Below, piece by piece: positions 35,495-50,400 of a stretch of DNA of 64,000 bases. This DNA comes from Paraspadella gotoi (lineage: Eukaryota; Animalia; Chaetognatha). The stretch spans positions 2,246,677 to 2,310,676 of the forward strand of contig CM119271.1 in assembly GCA_051294375.1 (NCBI GenBank). Direction: 5' to 3'. Within the stretch, counting starts at the first letter, position 1, and each line of letters begins with the position of its first letter. The translations under genes were made by a program, and so were the position numbers. Below the pieces are notes generated by a model. That model was not told the DNA's origin. It saw nothing but the letters and a program-made list of their open reading frames with translations, and ran no database searches.

Positions 35495-38400
35495 TCATAG
35501 AACCGAGAGGACGAAGGTAAGGCATCCGATTTTAATCACAGAGCCATGATGCAGCACGGCGGAGCCTTCCCAGCCAGCCGTGGTCGATCCAGCACACGAG
35601 AGACTTCGGCCGCAACGGCACCTCTTCTCAGCCGATTCAGCTTCTCTCTCTTCCCCATCCTCTGCCGCAACTTCCTCCGTCTCTTTGTTCTTTTTACGTC
35701 CTCCACGCCCTCTCTTTCTCTTTCCCTCCTCCGACGCGGCCGTAAGAAACGTTTCCCTCGCGCCGCCGGCGCCACGACTGTCCTTTCTCCTCCGACCGGC
35801 AATGCGCCTTCCGCCGCATGTTTTTCCAGCGCCACCATCCTTCGTACTTCTCACCTCCACGTCGCATCCGTAGCGAACGTTGTCGACGACGACGCCCTCT
35901 TCGCCGTAATTGAGCATCTCGAAGACGCCCGAGTATTGATCGAAAAAGAGTACAGCGTGGCGCGGAGCGAGACGGGCGGCGCAGGGCGAACCAATCGATG
36001 CAAAATCAAGAAGGCGGACGTCGGAATCGGCGCTGGTGCCGAAGGAGAAAACGGCGCCGGGATAGAGGGGCGCGGGACGAGGATCCGCGTCCGGAAAGAG
36101 TTCGTCGAAAAAGGAGACGAGGGCGAGGGGTTCGCGTTCGTCAACGGCGCTGTGAGGTGCGGGCTCGACAGTTGCAGGGACTAACGGCTGTGGAGGTTGC
36201 TGCGGCGACGCTTGCGGTGCGATCATTAACTGCCGCAACCTATCCAACGCGAGAACCTCGATGAGTTGCCGATCTAGAGAATTGAGTCGCAACTGAAGAT
36301 CGAGTTCGGACACACCAAGAACGCCCGAAGATTGCGGAGCGAGGGAAACGGGTGTGAATTTTTCTTCGCCTCCTGTCGTCCGCCCAGAGTCTTCGACTTT
36401 CGCCACCTCGTCGTTTCTAGCACTCTCTGTATCGCCTCCCTTGTCCGTCAAGGGAACGAGAATGGGCGGCGTCCCGACATCATACGCCTCCTTTTCTTCC
36501 AGAACGGGAGACACGGTCGTGCAGAGCGCTTTGGAGAAAACTTCGTCGTTAGGTTTGGTCGAGGAGTTGGTCCAAGACTTGGTGGACGAAGAATCGCTGG
36601 AGACGTTGAGCGATTCGCGATCGGCTTCGCGATTGTCGGCTGAGGCGATGATCGGAGCGGTGTCGGTTTTTTTGTCATAGTCGGCGTCGGCGTCGTCATC
36701 TTCCTCGTTGGACTCAAAAGTTTTAGTGGCGGCTTCAGTCTCGACGGAGCGTTGGGAGATCAAGCTCTCGTCGCTGATGGATCTATCCGCCGGAGGATCC
36801 GTTTTGTCATCGCCCTTGAAAGAAAAACAATAATGAAATGAAAAATATTTGTTTTTTGTTAATAAAAATTAATAATTAATAATCAATTAAACATCTATTA
36901 ATAAATAGTACGATTCACTGACTTTCGCCAAATGCAGCCTATGTGAACGATTTTAAAACGTGCCATTGAAGTTACGAAGGTTTCATTTTTTTATCAGTTT
37001 GGCCATTTCGCCATAGAAATCTCCAAAACAATGAACTCACCTTTCCTGCTTTACTCTCCTTTACCTCACCCACTCCCAATTTCGGCGCCGCCTCTATCAT
37101 CTCCCGCAGCCACTTCTCCTTCTCCTCCATCATTCTTCTCTGCCTCCGCGCCGTCGCCGCCCCCTTCCGCCCGGCGGGGTCCTCGCCCGACTGGGGCAAG
37201 GCCCGCGGCGGATAACGATAGTGCGCCTTGACGGGAGCCGGAACTCGGATCTTGTTCGGCCTCAGGTCCACCTTTCGCTTGAGCCGAAAGGGCGGATTCT
37301 CCCGGTGCAGCCGGCGGAGAAATCCCGTCTTAATGCTGTTCTCGGAGATGTCCTTGGGGGCGTGTTTGTTCCAGAGGACCATGCGTTCCGTGATACCGAA
37401 CTCGGCGGGGAGAAGTCGTCGATCGATGGCGTGTTCCGGATGGTTAGGGCACATCCAGCGGGTGCCGAGCGGAAGGGAAGTGAGCGGAGGATCGAGGCAA
37501 TCAAGGTGAAAGAGGAGCGGGCAAAAGTCGCACTGGAGCAGCGGCGCAAGACGGCAGGTGCGGGAGCAGACGAAGCAGAAATAGGTGGCGGCGGCGCCTA
37601 GGACGAGGCCCGATTTGGCTTCCACCACCTAGAGAAGGGGGCGAGGCCGAGAGATGAAGGAATTATTTTGGCAAGAAAGAAGAGTGTTTCACGATGGCGT
37701 CATTAACCTCTCAAGAACGAATTCGAGCCAAAAAGTGTGAAAAAGTGCGAATGGTTACGACCTGCTTCTGCTTCGGAGTGACTTCGATCCACTTCCGCCC
37801 GTCCGTCTTCCACTTTCGTTTGCTCGTGCCCGGAATCACGAACGATGTCTGCAGTTCCTTCGGCAGCTCATACTGCAACGGATTCAGCATCTCGGCCGCC
37901 TTGACGAGCAAGTGGATGGGGTGCATACGGGATGGGACGTCGTCCGCGTTGTCTTCGTCCTTCCCCTCGATGGAGACACGCTTGTTGAGCGTCTCCGCGT
38001 CCTTCAAGTCTTCGAGGTCGAACTCCATTGACTCGGAGGCTTTGGGCTTCGGGGTCGGAGACTCCCGGGAATTCGATTCCCTTTTGGGTATTTTGGCCGC
38101 CAGTTTGGATTCCTGACGGAAAGGAGAGAGGGGGGGGAAATAGGGGTCAGATAAACATGGGGCTCAGATAAAGAGCTTAAAAAGAAAAAGGGAAAAACTC
38201 GCCTCTTTTTTCATGGAGCGTCTTTCATTCTCCGGTCTCCAGCTGCCGTCCGAGGAGACCGATATCGCCGCTTCGAAGGGATCGTCCTCTGAACCTTCGT
38301 TGACTATCGAGAGTATGAAAAAAGATGAAGGAAAAAAAGAGGGATGAAAAAAAAAAGAAAAGAACCTTTTCCCGACGCCCTCTTGATGATGGCCCACTCT

Positions 38401-39914
38401 TCCTCCAAGGACGGAAGCTGGTCACCGGTCAGGAGGGCATCGACGTCGGCAGACGAAGGAACCGGGGAAGGGTCGTCGGCGGCCTCGGCGGCAGTCGAGG
38501 AGGCGTTGTGCTTGAAGGGTCGACCTCGCGTCCGGCGGGTAGACGACGACGCGGAGGTGGAAACTTCTGGAATATCCGAGTTGCGCGAGTCTTTCAGGCG
38601 ACTCTCGATGAGTTTGATGTCGTAACTGGGAGATGAAATGCAATAATGAACAAACACGAAATTAACCAAATTACATCAAATTTTATAAATTGACTCTAAA
38701 AACTAACGTAAAGTCGCTGGAACGGTCTTGACTGATGTCGTCCAAAACGACGATGGCATGACCAAGACCCGCCGCCGCCGATGATTCGTTCTAAGATAAA
38801 GTTAAATCAATCAATTTTGATAGGTTAATTCATGTAATTATTTATGCAGACAAAAAAACTTTATACATGGCGCGGACATTGATTCGTTTAGCGCAAAATG
38901 TTTCACTATGCAGGTCGGCGGTGAAACGAACTGAGAAAATAGCTTCATAATGTCAGGGCTAAAACGTAATTATCCTCGCCATTAGCTATCACCTTTCCCA
39001 AACAACACTTTTCCTTATTGGGAGACAATTCGTTCTTCGGAGGACGGCCCCTTCCACGCTTGGCCGGCGGCAAAGCCGGCGTTGAGGGTGTCGGATTTTT
39101 TCCGACGGCATCGTCGTCGCCAGCCAACGGTTTGGAGCGCTTCCGGCCCACGGCGGCGCGAAGAAGGTTCGAGGAAAGCTTCTTTAAAACGCGCTTGGCG
39201 GCCTGAAAGTTTCGAGTAAAAGCAAAAAAGTCATTTACATATTTCAGTGCGACTCACATTGTCTTAATTATTCTCTCTTCAAACCTGAGAATCTGTGCTG
39301 TAGACGGAGGCCACTTCGTCGCTCTCAGAATCCCAGGATTCTTCTAAAGTCGAGGAAAATCGGATGGTCATGGTGCATCTGAGGAGAGAAGAGTCGAAAG
39401 GTGCTCGCGACATAATCGAAATTTTTTATATTTTTTAAATTTCTTTAATAATGTTTCATAATATAAATGCTGCCTTTCGTTATAAACTTAGATCATATCC
39501 TCATAGTTTTATAGTAATTCATTACCGTCGGCATATCCACTCCCCCGGCGGAATGTCGGAATCCTCGAGTGGCGGGTCATGGCAGAGTAGATGAAAAGCG
39601 GCGGGGCATCTGTCGCAGCAGAGAAGATCTCCGCCCTCTTTGCACGCGTCGCAATAGTCGTGGTTCAAGTAGCCCTTGGTGGTTCCTGAACAAGAGAATA
39701 GAGATAGTAAGAGAAAGGTGAGATCCCATCATCTCCCCATGTCGCGCTGCTCACCTTTCCCCGCCGCAGCCTGATCTCTCTCCCTTCGCCGCTGCAGCTT
39801 TTTCTCCTCCCGCTCCTTCCGCAAGGCCTCTTCGCTGACCGGCGGCGCCACGAGGTTGAGGATCTCCTCGAGGAGGCCCTCCTCGTCGCAGGTCTCTTTG
39901 TTGGCGTGGCTCAT
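35495..39914 (-). CDS. PHF12: PHD finger protein 12 (two PHD fingers and a C-terminal FHA-like domain)
   Basis: [78 protein letters not shown] and [22 protein letters not shown]. Confidence 0.93.
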
Positions 39915-40191
39915 TGCGAGACTCGAGATGATTTGATGACCAAAGAAAAGGGATCGAGGTTTATCCCCGAATCTATCGTCGGAGCTCGATCCTTTGTCCC
40001 ATAAGTCAGATAAGGGTCTGTTGTCCTCTCTCGTTGAGCATAACCGGCTCTAACGCCTCTGAAAAGGCACAAGCAGACCCTTTTCCATCGATCAATCAAA
40101 AGAATAAACGGAAAAATTTTTAAATATAACAAGGAAACAATCCATCTCCAAGAGTTCGGGGTAATTTTTCTTTTCTATCATCGCTCTACTA

Positions 40192-42131
40192 TCATCGCCC
40201 TTCTTCAACGAGCGTTGGCCCAGGACCGGGTCTCGTTAATACGAGAAATTTGACGGCGGGTCGGTCATCCTCGTCCAGCCGCAAATGGGTCAGATCAGGG
40301 AGGTCGTCATCATCATCTTCGGCAGCGAATTGTTTCGCGTCCATACCGCGAACTCGATCCGGATCTTCGAGCTGGATTCCCAACGAGTCGCACAGAAAGT
40401 GAAGCAGACGCTTGGCGTGATGTGAGAGGAAAAATAGGCAGGAGTTGGGGCCGGCGTCGAAAGTGTAACAGAGGACGGGTCGGCCGGCCAAGGAGTTCAC
40501 CGCGTGAACTGGACAAAACGGGAGAAGAACGGGCATTGTCGACGATTGTATTTTTGTTAAGAACGATTATGTGTATTGTGTGTACTGTAGAGGTACATTT
40601 ATTAGCAATGATACAATATTAGAGACATGTTGTTACAATGAGAGATCGTGAGAGAACTAAAGGTAGAAAGCGCGGCACTGATCAAATAAGAGAGAGAGAG
40701 AGAGAGATCAGATCAGTAGCCGGCTTCCCGAGCGACCACCGAACAGAGTGGCCAACTGGGGTCAAATCCGTGGCGACGAAAACGTCGCCACAATACTATA
40801 CACCGTATAGTAGTATTCCATAATTTGTCAATAATTGAACTATCAAATACTTTCGTACCGAGTTGGATGATCTTCATCGAGGCTTCGGTGAGATATGAAA
40901 TTGGTGGGTAGGAGTCGAGACAAGTCGCGTGAAGACTGTTGCTCTCTTTCATCGTTGCTTCGGCGAAGGAAGCAAAGTCACGAGCGGCGATGGCCGCGCG
41001 AAGCTTTTTCAAACTGGGATCAATTTGATGTCACAATAAAAGCAAATGATGTGGATATTATTTGATCATCGTCGCCAAGTCGCTCTACCTCTCGGGGACG
41101 ACAACTTCCGCGCGATGGCGCAAAAGGCTTGAAGTCTCCACGCAGCGTTTCATGCCTTCCGACGAGGGAGTCGATTTACGAACGGCGGAGACGACGACGA
41201 TGCAGACTCGGAGAGTCGGCCAATGAGTTGATGGGAAGAGCTGATTCGAAAAAAGCTCCATGTCCATCAGTCAATCTATCTCGAAACCACGAAGAAAAGT
41301 CGTTCCAACGCCACCTGCTTGGCGATCGAGGGAGCGCCGTCAAAACCCGGATCCCATTCGACGAATCCGCCGTAGACGCTTCGACACGCGCTTCCCGAAC
41401 CTCTTGCGGAAAAAAAATATGAAGGGGACGAGTTGATTTCTAAAGACGTCCAAGTATAAACACACAAAAACTCGCCTCCTCGCTACGTCGGAGATCTCTC
41501 CCTCGACCCCGAAGGCTTTGGCCAGGGCATAGACGAGGCAGGCGTAGCCGGCGGCGGAGGACGCCAATCCCGCCGCCGTCGGAAAGTTGTTGCGGGACTC
41601 GACTAGGGCGCGAACGGAGGAGCCGAGAAGGGGCAATGGATCGACGGAACCGTTGAGGGGAAGAGGATTCGTGGAGGAGCGTTTGCGGGCCCGTCGTCTG
41701 ATCTTGAGATAATTTGCGGGGAAAAGTAGAACGGCAATGAGTTGGTCCTTTTCATTAATTTTCTGCCATCGAACCTCATTGAGACAAGCGATGACTCTGT
41801 TGTTGAGTGGCGCTTTGGCTCCGTCCACAAATATCTCGTCCTCGCCAAAGTCGCGGGAGAGACGGACTCGAGTCGTCGCCGACAGGTGGGCGTGGTCGAG
41901 GGTGACGCTGAAAAGAAACGCGTTCGATTGGTCGATCGTTTCGATGAGCCAGTTTGATTGGTTTATGGATAAACACTTAAACAGTAAACGGCCTCACCTC
42001 AACGACCCGTGCACCGGGAGGTGCAACTCCTCGTCTCTCTTTCCCCAATACTTGACGACGGCGATGTTGACGGGAGCGCGACACGTCACGTCCCTGAGAA
42101 TAATGGGCGAGCCCGAAGGTTTTTCCGTCAT
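40192..42131 (-). CDS. MVD: Diphosphomevalonate decarboxylase
   Basis: [71 protein letters not shown] and YTFDAGPN. Confidence 0.96.
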
Positions 42132-42642
42132 GACTGTAAAAAAAATAAGTCGGTAAAAAAATATATACGCGCCGGCCATCCTCCGATTTAACGAATCATT
42201 AATTAACTTTAATAGTTTCGATCAACGAGCAAAAAGAAGATTAAAGAGGAACATTGCGATTATTATTTTTTTTTTAAAAGAACAAATACGCAGACTTTTC
42301 TCACCCGAATGGACTAGACAACGATGTTTTGTTTAATTTAAAAAGCGAATAAAAATGACACGAAAAGTAGTTAAAGGCACATATCTATTTCTAGTATAAA
42401 GTCTTTCTAATCCGCCACCAATTGGTTTAAATATATCACAAACGTACGTCAGATTAGATATTTCATTCAAGTAGACCTCATTTAAATTTAAGACTAAGAT
42501 TTGAATTTGACGAAAACACTAAACAAGTATCTTAGATAACCTAGACACTTTTATTGGCACCGATAAATGTAATGTTAAAAAAAAAAAAATTAAAAAGTCG
42601 TTAAGTAAAATAATGTAAAAAAAAGGAATTCCATCGAGAGGC

Positions 42643-43825
42643 TCAGCTATTAACGTTCGATCCTCCTTGTTCAACGACGTCGCCGAGGAAAGTGTCGCTG
42701 GCGCTCGCAGTAGCTGGTCCACCATCCCCACTCGACGCTCCTACTCCGGCCGCTCCTCCTCCCATGACCTTGCTCCTCAACATGGCCCAAGTAGAACTGA
42801 CGCTGGCGCCGACGGCCTGGAACGTGGGCGACGCCCTCACGTCCTCCACACTCCGGCTGACGTAACTTCCGGTGACGTCGACGGCCGAGTATATTTGACC
42901 GCCGATCCGCTGTCGACTCGGTTGGGAGTCGTCGTACTTCTTTTTGGCGGCGGCGGCGGCGTCGGAGACGAATCGGCCAGTTTTCTGGGAGACGTTTTGG
43001 AGCGTGGAAGAGGTTTTCTGGTAAGACTCGGACTCTTTGATGGTCTGTGGAATTTGTGGTGTGCATTAATTGATTAATAAGGCTACGTAAAATAAAAAAA
43101 ACGCGGGATTAGTTAATAGTCAACCTTTAACGTCGATGATACGTCGGCCTTAAACTCATCGAGTTGTGTGATCCCAAGTTGGCGCTTCAACTCAGCGGCC
43201 CGCCGCATTTTAGCCTGGTGATTCAAGTAGTTATGTAAAACATTTTTATTCGTAATAATGAATATATAAATACACAATTATTGAATAAAAATAATGCCAA
43301 AATCAAAAACATTTTCGTCCAATTCGACACCCGGATTTTTTGATTGGTTGACTATTTAAAAAAGTTCATAATAATCTTGCTTAAACTCCGAACAAAAAAA
43401 TATTTATGAATTTAAATTTGTGTTGCTCAAATAAAATGGAATCTCCTCAAAACCTGCATGACGAGTCGCAACGTTCTCGTCTCCTCTTCCACCTTGAGCA
43501 ACTCCTCCGCCCACGCCCGCCTCTGCTCCTCCGAGGGGGCCGCCATCGCAACCGCTTCTGGCGAACCGCCACGCCCACCGAGCCCGGACGATCCCACGGA
43601 AGAAGAAAGCCCGGCTTGGCTCGTGGGCCGGCTCTCGATCGAGCCGTAGCCGAGCCCGGATTGGCTGGTGGGCCGACTGTTGCCGTCGGTGACGAAGAAA
43701 CCGCTCTCGGCGGACTCGCTCCGGCCGAGGACGTCGTCCTCGGCATCTTTAAAGTCGTCGTCGGCGACGGAGATTTTTCCTTCGTCGAAATTAAAATCCG
43801 ACGAAAGAGGTTGTTCACCCGCCAT
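42643..43825 (-). CDS. TPD52: Tumor protein D52 family
   Basis: EELLKVEEETRTLRLVMQ|AKMRRAAELKRQLGITQLDEL, ESYQKTS and VRASPTF. Confidence 0.85.
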
Positions 43826-44184
43826 GATTTAATCTTCGCGGATAACAATAACAATTTAGGAATATCAATTTTGAGGCAGGATCGTCTCTAAAACTTCATG
43901 ATTTACGAGGTATTTTCAAACCTACCAAAAAAACCAAAACAATTCCGTATCAATAATCATTAAAGCCCGAGGCGAGTCACGATGGCAACGAAGATTAGTA
44001 ATAATTGGCGCGAAAATGCTTCACGTAATATGACACATACGACGTTACATAAAAAAACGTCCGAAATAACGAGGCACGATGAAAATGGATATTGGAAAAC
44101 GAGACCAGAAAAAAAAAATCAACGACAAAATTCGTTAAAAAATACAAAACGAAGAAAACAAAAAAAAAAAAGTCAATTGATCCA

Positions 44185-46239
44185 TCAACCGAATTCGGGA
44201 TCGACGTCTTCCCCGAACTTGGCCTCGTAAGGCTCAAAGGCTGTGCGGATCTCGTCCGCGATCCGCCGCTCGTCTTCGTCAGACTCGGGACATTTGCGCC
44301 AATCGATCCGTTCGACGGCGTCGAGAAGTTCCGGGAGGGCGAGGACCTGGATTTAGAAATTAAAACGAGGAATTAGCGGAGCGTGGACCTCGATCAAATA
44401 TGCATAATCAAATTGCATATTGCAGCAACTCAAAAAAGAACATATAAGCGAACTAGTTATTAAATAAACGCAAATTAGGCGACGCATTCCAAAATTATCT
44501 TTAACCCACATCAGCCAATAACTATCACGAACCTCTCTCCCAAAATTAATGGAGAATTTCCCCTTGATCTTGTGCAGCATCCGCGTTCCGTCGGGGCACT
44601 CGACGACGAAGAAGGGATGCCCCTTGGGCACGAGCTGCGCCAAGTTGGCGTGGCGCGACATTTCCGTCATATCTGTCGCGTCGCCGCCTTTGGACTGAAA
44701 GAGTCCCTTGACCCGCTCCGCCTTGTCCATCGGCACGGGAATGCATTGGACCTGCATGTGGGCAGTCTTAAAATTGCGCTCGTAGAAGACGGGCGCTAGG
44801 CCCATATGGGCGTAAAAGTCTTTGAGGACGCCCTTCATAAGGTCGACCTCGCGAAGGGCCTCTCTCGGGAGATCGACGGACGACTGATGGTGCTCGATGG
44901 GGATGATAAGAAGGTGTTCGCGAACGAGGCCGCCCTTGGGCAGGGCGATGTAGTTGTGGACACCCACGCTGACGACGAGGGACTTCTCCACCTTCTTTCC
45001 TCCAAGACAAAACCAGCAGTCTCCTTCGAACTTGGAATGATAATCGACGCTTCTGAACCCGCCACGACCGGCTCCGCGGAATCCGCGACCGCCGCCTCTT
45101 CCTCCGTCGCCTCCTCGGCCTCTTCCTCCTCCTCCTCTCATCTTCTTGTTATTCCCGCCGGCGTCTCCGTTTTTCCCCCGCTTCTGACCGCCGCCTTCGA
45201 CGTTCCAGAAGAACTGATCCCCGCCGCCGTCGGCCCGTTCGCCTTTGTTCTTTTTCTGCGCCTTTTCCTCCTTAAAGGGACACTCGGTAACATCGGCTGG
45301 CTGTTTGCAGAGTTCCTCCTTCTCCATCTTGTGGGCGGGGGTAATGCCGAAGGCATAGATCCACTTCCGCTTCTCCGCGTTGCCCACTTTGGCGAGGGCG
45401 ATAAAGCGGGTGATGGGTTTCGAGGCTTCTTGGATGACCTAAGCGGAAAAAGTTAATTAATAAATTATATTTCAGATTATGACAAATAAACATACAATCA
45501 CGCACGCGCCTTGTGATTCCTGTAGGGAAACCGTTCGTAATGAACGTCCTGGATTGCGCCGAAATGATAGCGAGGCTTCATTAGCAGCGTCAACTGTGCC
45601 ACCTTCGCCGATCCGTGCATCTGCGTGTCGACGGGCGGCTCGCTCGGAGTTGCGAACTTGTCCACACCCTTTGGCCACATGGAAGAGATGAAAATATCGA
45701 CGCCGGTCTCTTTAATGCTTAAAAGAAAGAAATGGCGTTTAAGAACTTTATCGTACTCAAAGATAATTTCTTCTCCAATCTTCATTGTACCCGGAATCGG
45801 CGGCGACTTGCGCCTCAAGCCTTTCAATGTCCTCCTGGTAGAAGACGTTGGGCAAATTCTTTCCGCCGGCGACGACTGCTTTGTTGGCGTCGATGCCGCT
45901 CAGGTAGGCCACTTTAAGCCCGGTACTGCCGGTGAAAACGCCGGACCGGCCCAAATGGAACACGTTTTCCGCCAGCTCCCCGCCGGCGCCGTTGTCCGGG
46001 TAGAAGAGGTCCAGTTCGGGCTTGAGCGGCCCTAGAACGTAAGTGACGATGGGCGCCTTGATTTCTCCAGTTTTGTACTTTTGAAAGTCGGCGACGTGCC
46101 GAGGGTCTTCGGAGAAGAACTCGCCTACGCAGAAGAGCATGTCGAAGGCCCCCTGTTTCTTATGAATGAGATTAACGCGCTTGTAGACGTCGGAGAGTTT
46201 GCCCTCCACATCCCCGCAGACCAAAATGCGGAGAGACAT
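44185..46239 (-). CDS. CWF19L1: CWF19-like protein 1 (metallophosphoesterase-like and CwfJ domains)
   Basis: RILVCGDVEGK, FDMLFCVGEFF, KPRYHF, YERFPYRNH, CWFCLGGKKVEKSLVVSVG and FGREVLA..IDWRKC. Confidence 0.95.
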
Positions 46240-47483
46240 TATGATAGTTTTTTTTTGTTTTTTTTTTTTTTGAAAATAAAGAAAAGTTTTTGACTCTTTT
46301 CCTCAAAAGTTAAGTTTCATCGAGATTGTAACGAGTATTAAAATTTTTTGGTTTTTATCTTTTGTTATTTTTTTGTCTGTTTCTGTTTTTATTTTCCAGG
46401 GGACTGAGCCTGAAAGAATGGGGTTTTCTGTGACCTTCAAAAAGTACGACCACTAAAAAAAAATTTACTTACCCCGTTGAGTTAAAGCTGAAATGGAAGC
46501 GATCAATAACTGTCTAAGATTATTAAACAGTCAATGTAACGAACAACAATGGTTTAACAAAGAATGACGAGTAATCATCAGAAATAATGACAATCGGACC
46601 TACACTAGAAAAAAATAATGAAACGTTGCATAGGAAGGGATAAATAAGAACAATTATTGTTCTTTCAGTCTTTCGCTGATTGTATGAGTTGACTAACTTT
46701 TGCAGATTCTTTAATGTTATGGGCTAGCAGGGAATCGGATGTAGTTATAAAAAAAAATTTCATAACTTTTAAGAAATTGGTACAACCAATATAAATTAAA
46801 TTAAAGTTCTATTTCGGGTCGATCATCACAAGTTTCACGTTTCAGCCGATAACCCATTTTAAATTTGCAAATTTCAGATCTGTGTAATGCACAGTGTGTA
46901 TATCTTGATTGACTCGTTCCGGCTTTTGCCGACGTTTGAGTAATCATTTGGATAATGCGTTGTCTGCTTTTAATGAAAAAAAATTTATATATATTTTTTT
47001 AATTTTTTGTCGTTGAACGTGATCGTTGGTGGTCCAAATCATCACTAATACTACTACTAGCTTTCCCTTCATTATGATTTCAAAATCTCAGTTTCCAAGA
47101 GAACAAATTATTGAACCTAGTTTCAATTTCAAGAAACTCCAAAGTATTTAAAAATCAAGAAACAAAGCGAATGAGACAATAAAAATCTTAAATAAAAATA
47201 AATTCTGGTTGTGAGTTGTAATCGCTGACAAGAATAAGAACGAAGGAATTGGACGAACGCCATTAAGTCCAGAATCTATGGTATTAAAGAAATGTTAACA
47301 ACCAAACTAGCTATGTTAACCGTGAATCGGTTGATTCCAGAATCGATTTAGAAATTCGAATTTATAAATTTAAAATTTGACAGAATTTTCTCAAAGAAGA
47401 GAAATAGAAAGATTTTTTTTAAAAGTAAATCTAACTTAATCCAAAGAACAAATAATACATTAAAAGGATATAGGAACGTTAAT

Positions 47484-50400
47484 TCACAGAATGACCACGG
47501 GATCGTCAACGTCGCCAGAGGTTGCCGTCGCCGTGGAGACGACGTCGGATCCTCGCGAGTAAATAGACGTGGAAGAATCAGACAAAGAACCCTTAAGCGA
47601 CGCCGCCTCCGCCCCATAAGAGGCGCCGGCGTCGCCATGGCTGATTCCGGCTCCGCCCCAAACAGTCTCGATCTGAATCTCGCTGGTCTCGATCGGCGCC
47701 AAAGATGAAGAGGCGGCGACGGATTCCGGGCGGGAAAAAGCTGAAGATGATGAAGACGAAGACGCCAAAGCCTCCTGAGGCTTCAGCGGCAGAGAAGATT
47801 GACGGAGAAGGATATTCTGAAAGACGCCGGTGGGAGAGGGCGCTGGGAAAGAAGACGCCGAGGATAAGGGGATGAAAGAAGATCGTGAATTGACGGGAAA
47901 TCGAGCGAGTTTTGACAAAGCCGCCTCTGCTTGAAAGTCGCGTCTCTGGGAGTTACCGAGCGATTCCGGATTAATATTTGAACGAATAGTAGGCGCAGTC
48001 GCCTCGACCAAAGAGAGGGTTTTTGGGTCGTCGAGGATCTCGACCTCCGCTCCGACTATCTCCACGACCGCTTTCGAAGCCCTAGGAAATAACCCAGATG
48101 TGGTTAAACCGCGAACCAGTTTGGGCAGAGATGGACGTTCGAATAAGTTGGGCGCCACCGCCGTCTCGCATGCTGCTTTTCCAGTCGAAGTCGCCTTATT
48201 GACAACGTTAAAAGTCGGCGCCGTTGCCAACGTGACGCCGGGTGGAATGACGGGGCGAATGAGCGGCGTCATGGATCCGTAGTTGTTGATGACGATAGGG
48301 GACGCCGATGACGTCTTCTGGGATTCGTTCGATAATTGGATGGAGGCGGTAGAAGGGGACGCGGGGTTCTGGTTGTCTATGACGACGTTAACACCCGGAG
48401 GGAACTGAAGGAAGCCGCCCGGAAGAATCTTGAAGGGCAGGCTAGTAGCTTTAGGGAGAATAGGAGGTAGATCAGACGGAGATGTAGTAAAAGATGCCCG
48501 AGGGGAGAATGAGACAATGTTTGGTAAATTCTGCAAAAAAAAAAAAAAGATTTAAATTAGTTTTTAATGCTCTAAATTGATAAGACATATATATTCGACG
48601 TCAGTGACCTCGTCATACCTTTTTTACGCTGGCAACCGGTGACGCTCCACTCAATATCAAAGGCGCAGTTTGGCGAAAATTCCAAGCGGCTCCACCGAAC
48701 TGGGGCCTCGCTCCTACGGCCATTGACGTCGATCCAACAATCACCGGCGCCGCTCTACTGATGACCGGCGGCGCAACACGGATACCCGGCGCCGCTCCAC
48801 CGATCATCGTGGCTGCTCTACCCACTCCCGGCGCTGCTCCACCAACTACTGGCGTCGCTCTACCGACCAACGGAGCGGGAATTCCCAATACGCGATCGAA
48901 GACAGAGAAACAGGATTCGATCTGGGGCGAGAAATCGAACAAGGAAGGCAGCGTGGCGATGAGGGGCGGGTCAAGGTCACCGGACGGAGAATCTGCCGTC
49001 GTCCCGAGGATCATGACGAGCTTCTCACGGGTGGAAGCGGATTCGCTGTCCAGCGGGTCGAGACTACAACTCGCTTGAGAGGCGCGGTCGATCTGATTGT
49101 GAAAAGAACGAGGGGTAGTTTCGGATTAAAGTTAAAATTATTTGTATTGCGGACGATCAACTCTTACACGCAACCTCGGTCAAACCAATTGACCTTACTT
49201 TCAACCTTACCCTCGATTGTTTTGCTCTTCTCTTTATGGTCAAACTTTGACCTTGTTATAGACCTAGCTTTTGACTGTTATTGTTGAAGAATAAATTCAT
49301 TCTTACTCGTGTTGCGTCCACAGACTACGATTTTATTGTTTTTTCTTTTAAAAACGAATCTCTGGCACCTTGTATGCTCGCTCCTCATTTCCGTTCCCCG
49401 TCTTCATAATATCCTCCACCATAGCCACGGGATCACAAGGTGAAAGACCCAGCATGACGGCGGCGACTAGCGTCCCGCCCTCGATCACGTGATTGGCTTG
49501 TGAATGAAGAAAAGTCCTCACTTGAGCCCCGACCGAGCGCAGGCGGCGTCGGCGGATTGCGTTTCCGTCGGCGGCGTCGAAAGGCGCCGGTACGCTGACG
49601 CTGATAGTTCTCCGCAACGCTGGAGAATCAAACAAACGCTGAATCATTTTCAGTTTTTTGTGCGACGGTTCGGATTCGTCGGGCGGTTTTAGGCGGTTGA
49701 TGTCGTCGACATTTTTGAGCTTTTCAACAACGCTACTTTTCGATTTGACGGCGTCACGGCTCGATGATCTCTTCAGTTTCGATTCTACTCTATTTTCAAC
49801 GTCACGCACGACGCCATTATCGTCCTCGACGAAGTCCGTCTTCAAAATACGCGCAAAGACGACATCGATGAGACCGTCCAACGCCTCGTGGGGTTCGCGG
49901 GGCAAAGCGTCAGCTCCCGGACGTTTAGCCTTTCCCTCGACGTCCACTTCAGCCTCGATCTCCCATCGACCAACTTTGAAGAACCCGACAAACTCGCACC
50001 CTCGTCGAAGTGCGCAAAGGTTCCCCACGAGCGTCGCGACGATTTTCCGCTTCTTCGTCCGCCAACCCGGGTCGCCGCAGTGAAGGTGCAAAAGACAGAG
50101 GCCGTTCCCTCCCGCCCTCCGTAGGTGGACGAGTTCGCCGTGAGTCCCGAGATCCCGATCGAGGATCCCTTCGACGGCGATTTCCCGCGATCGGCGGAGC
50201 GATTCGGCGGATTCGAGGCGAGAGTCGGCGTCGGGTTTCCAAGGACGGTAAGGGCGAGAACGAGCACAGATTGAATCGGAGTTGAGGGAGAATTTTTCGG
50301 GAGTTTTCTTAGGAGAGACTGAATGAGTAAGTTTAGAAAATATTGCGAAGGCAGAAGAGGGAGATCTCTCTCTCTTTGCGACGGCGAGACAAGATCGAGA

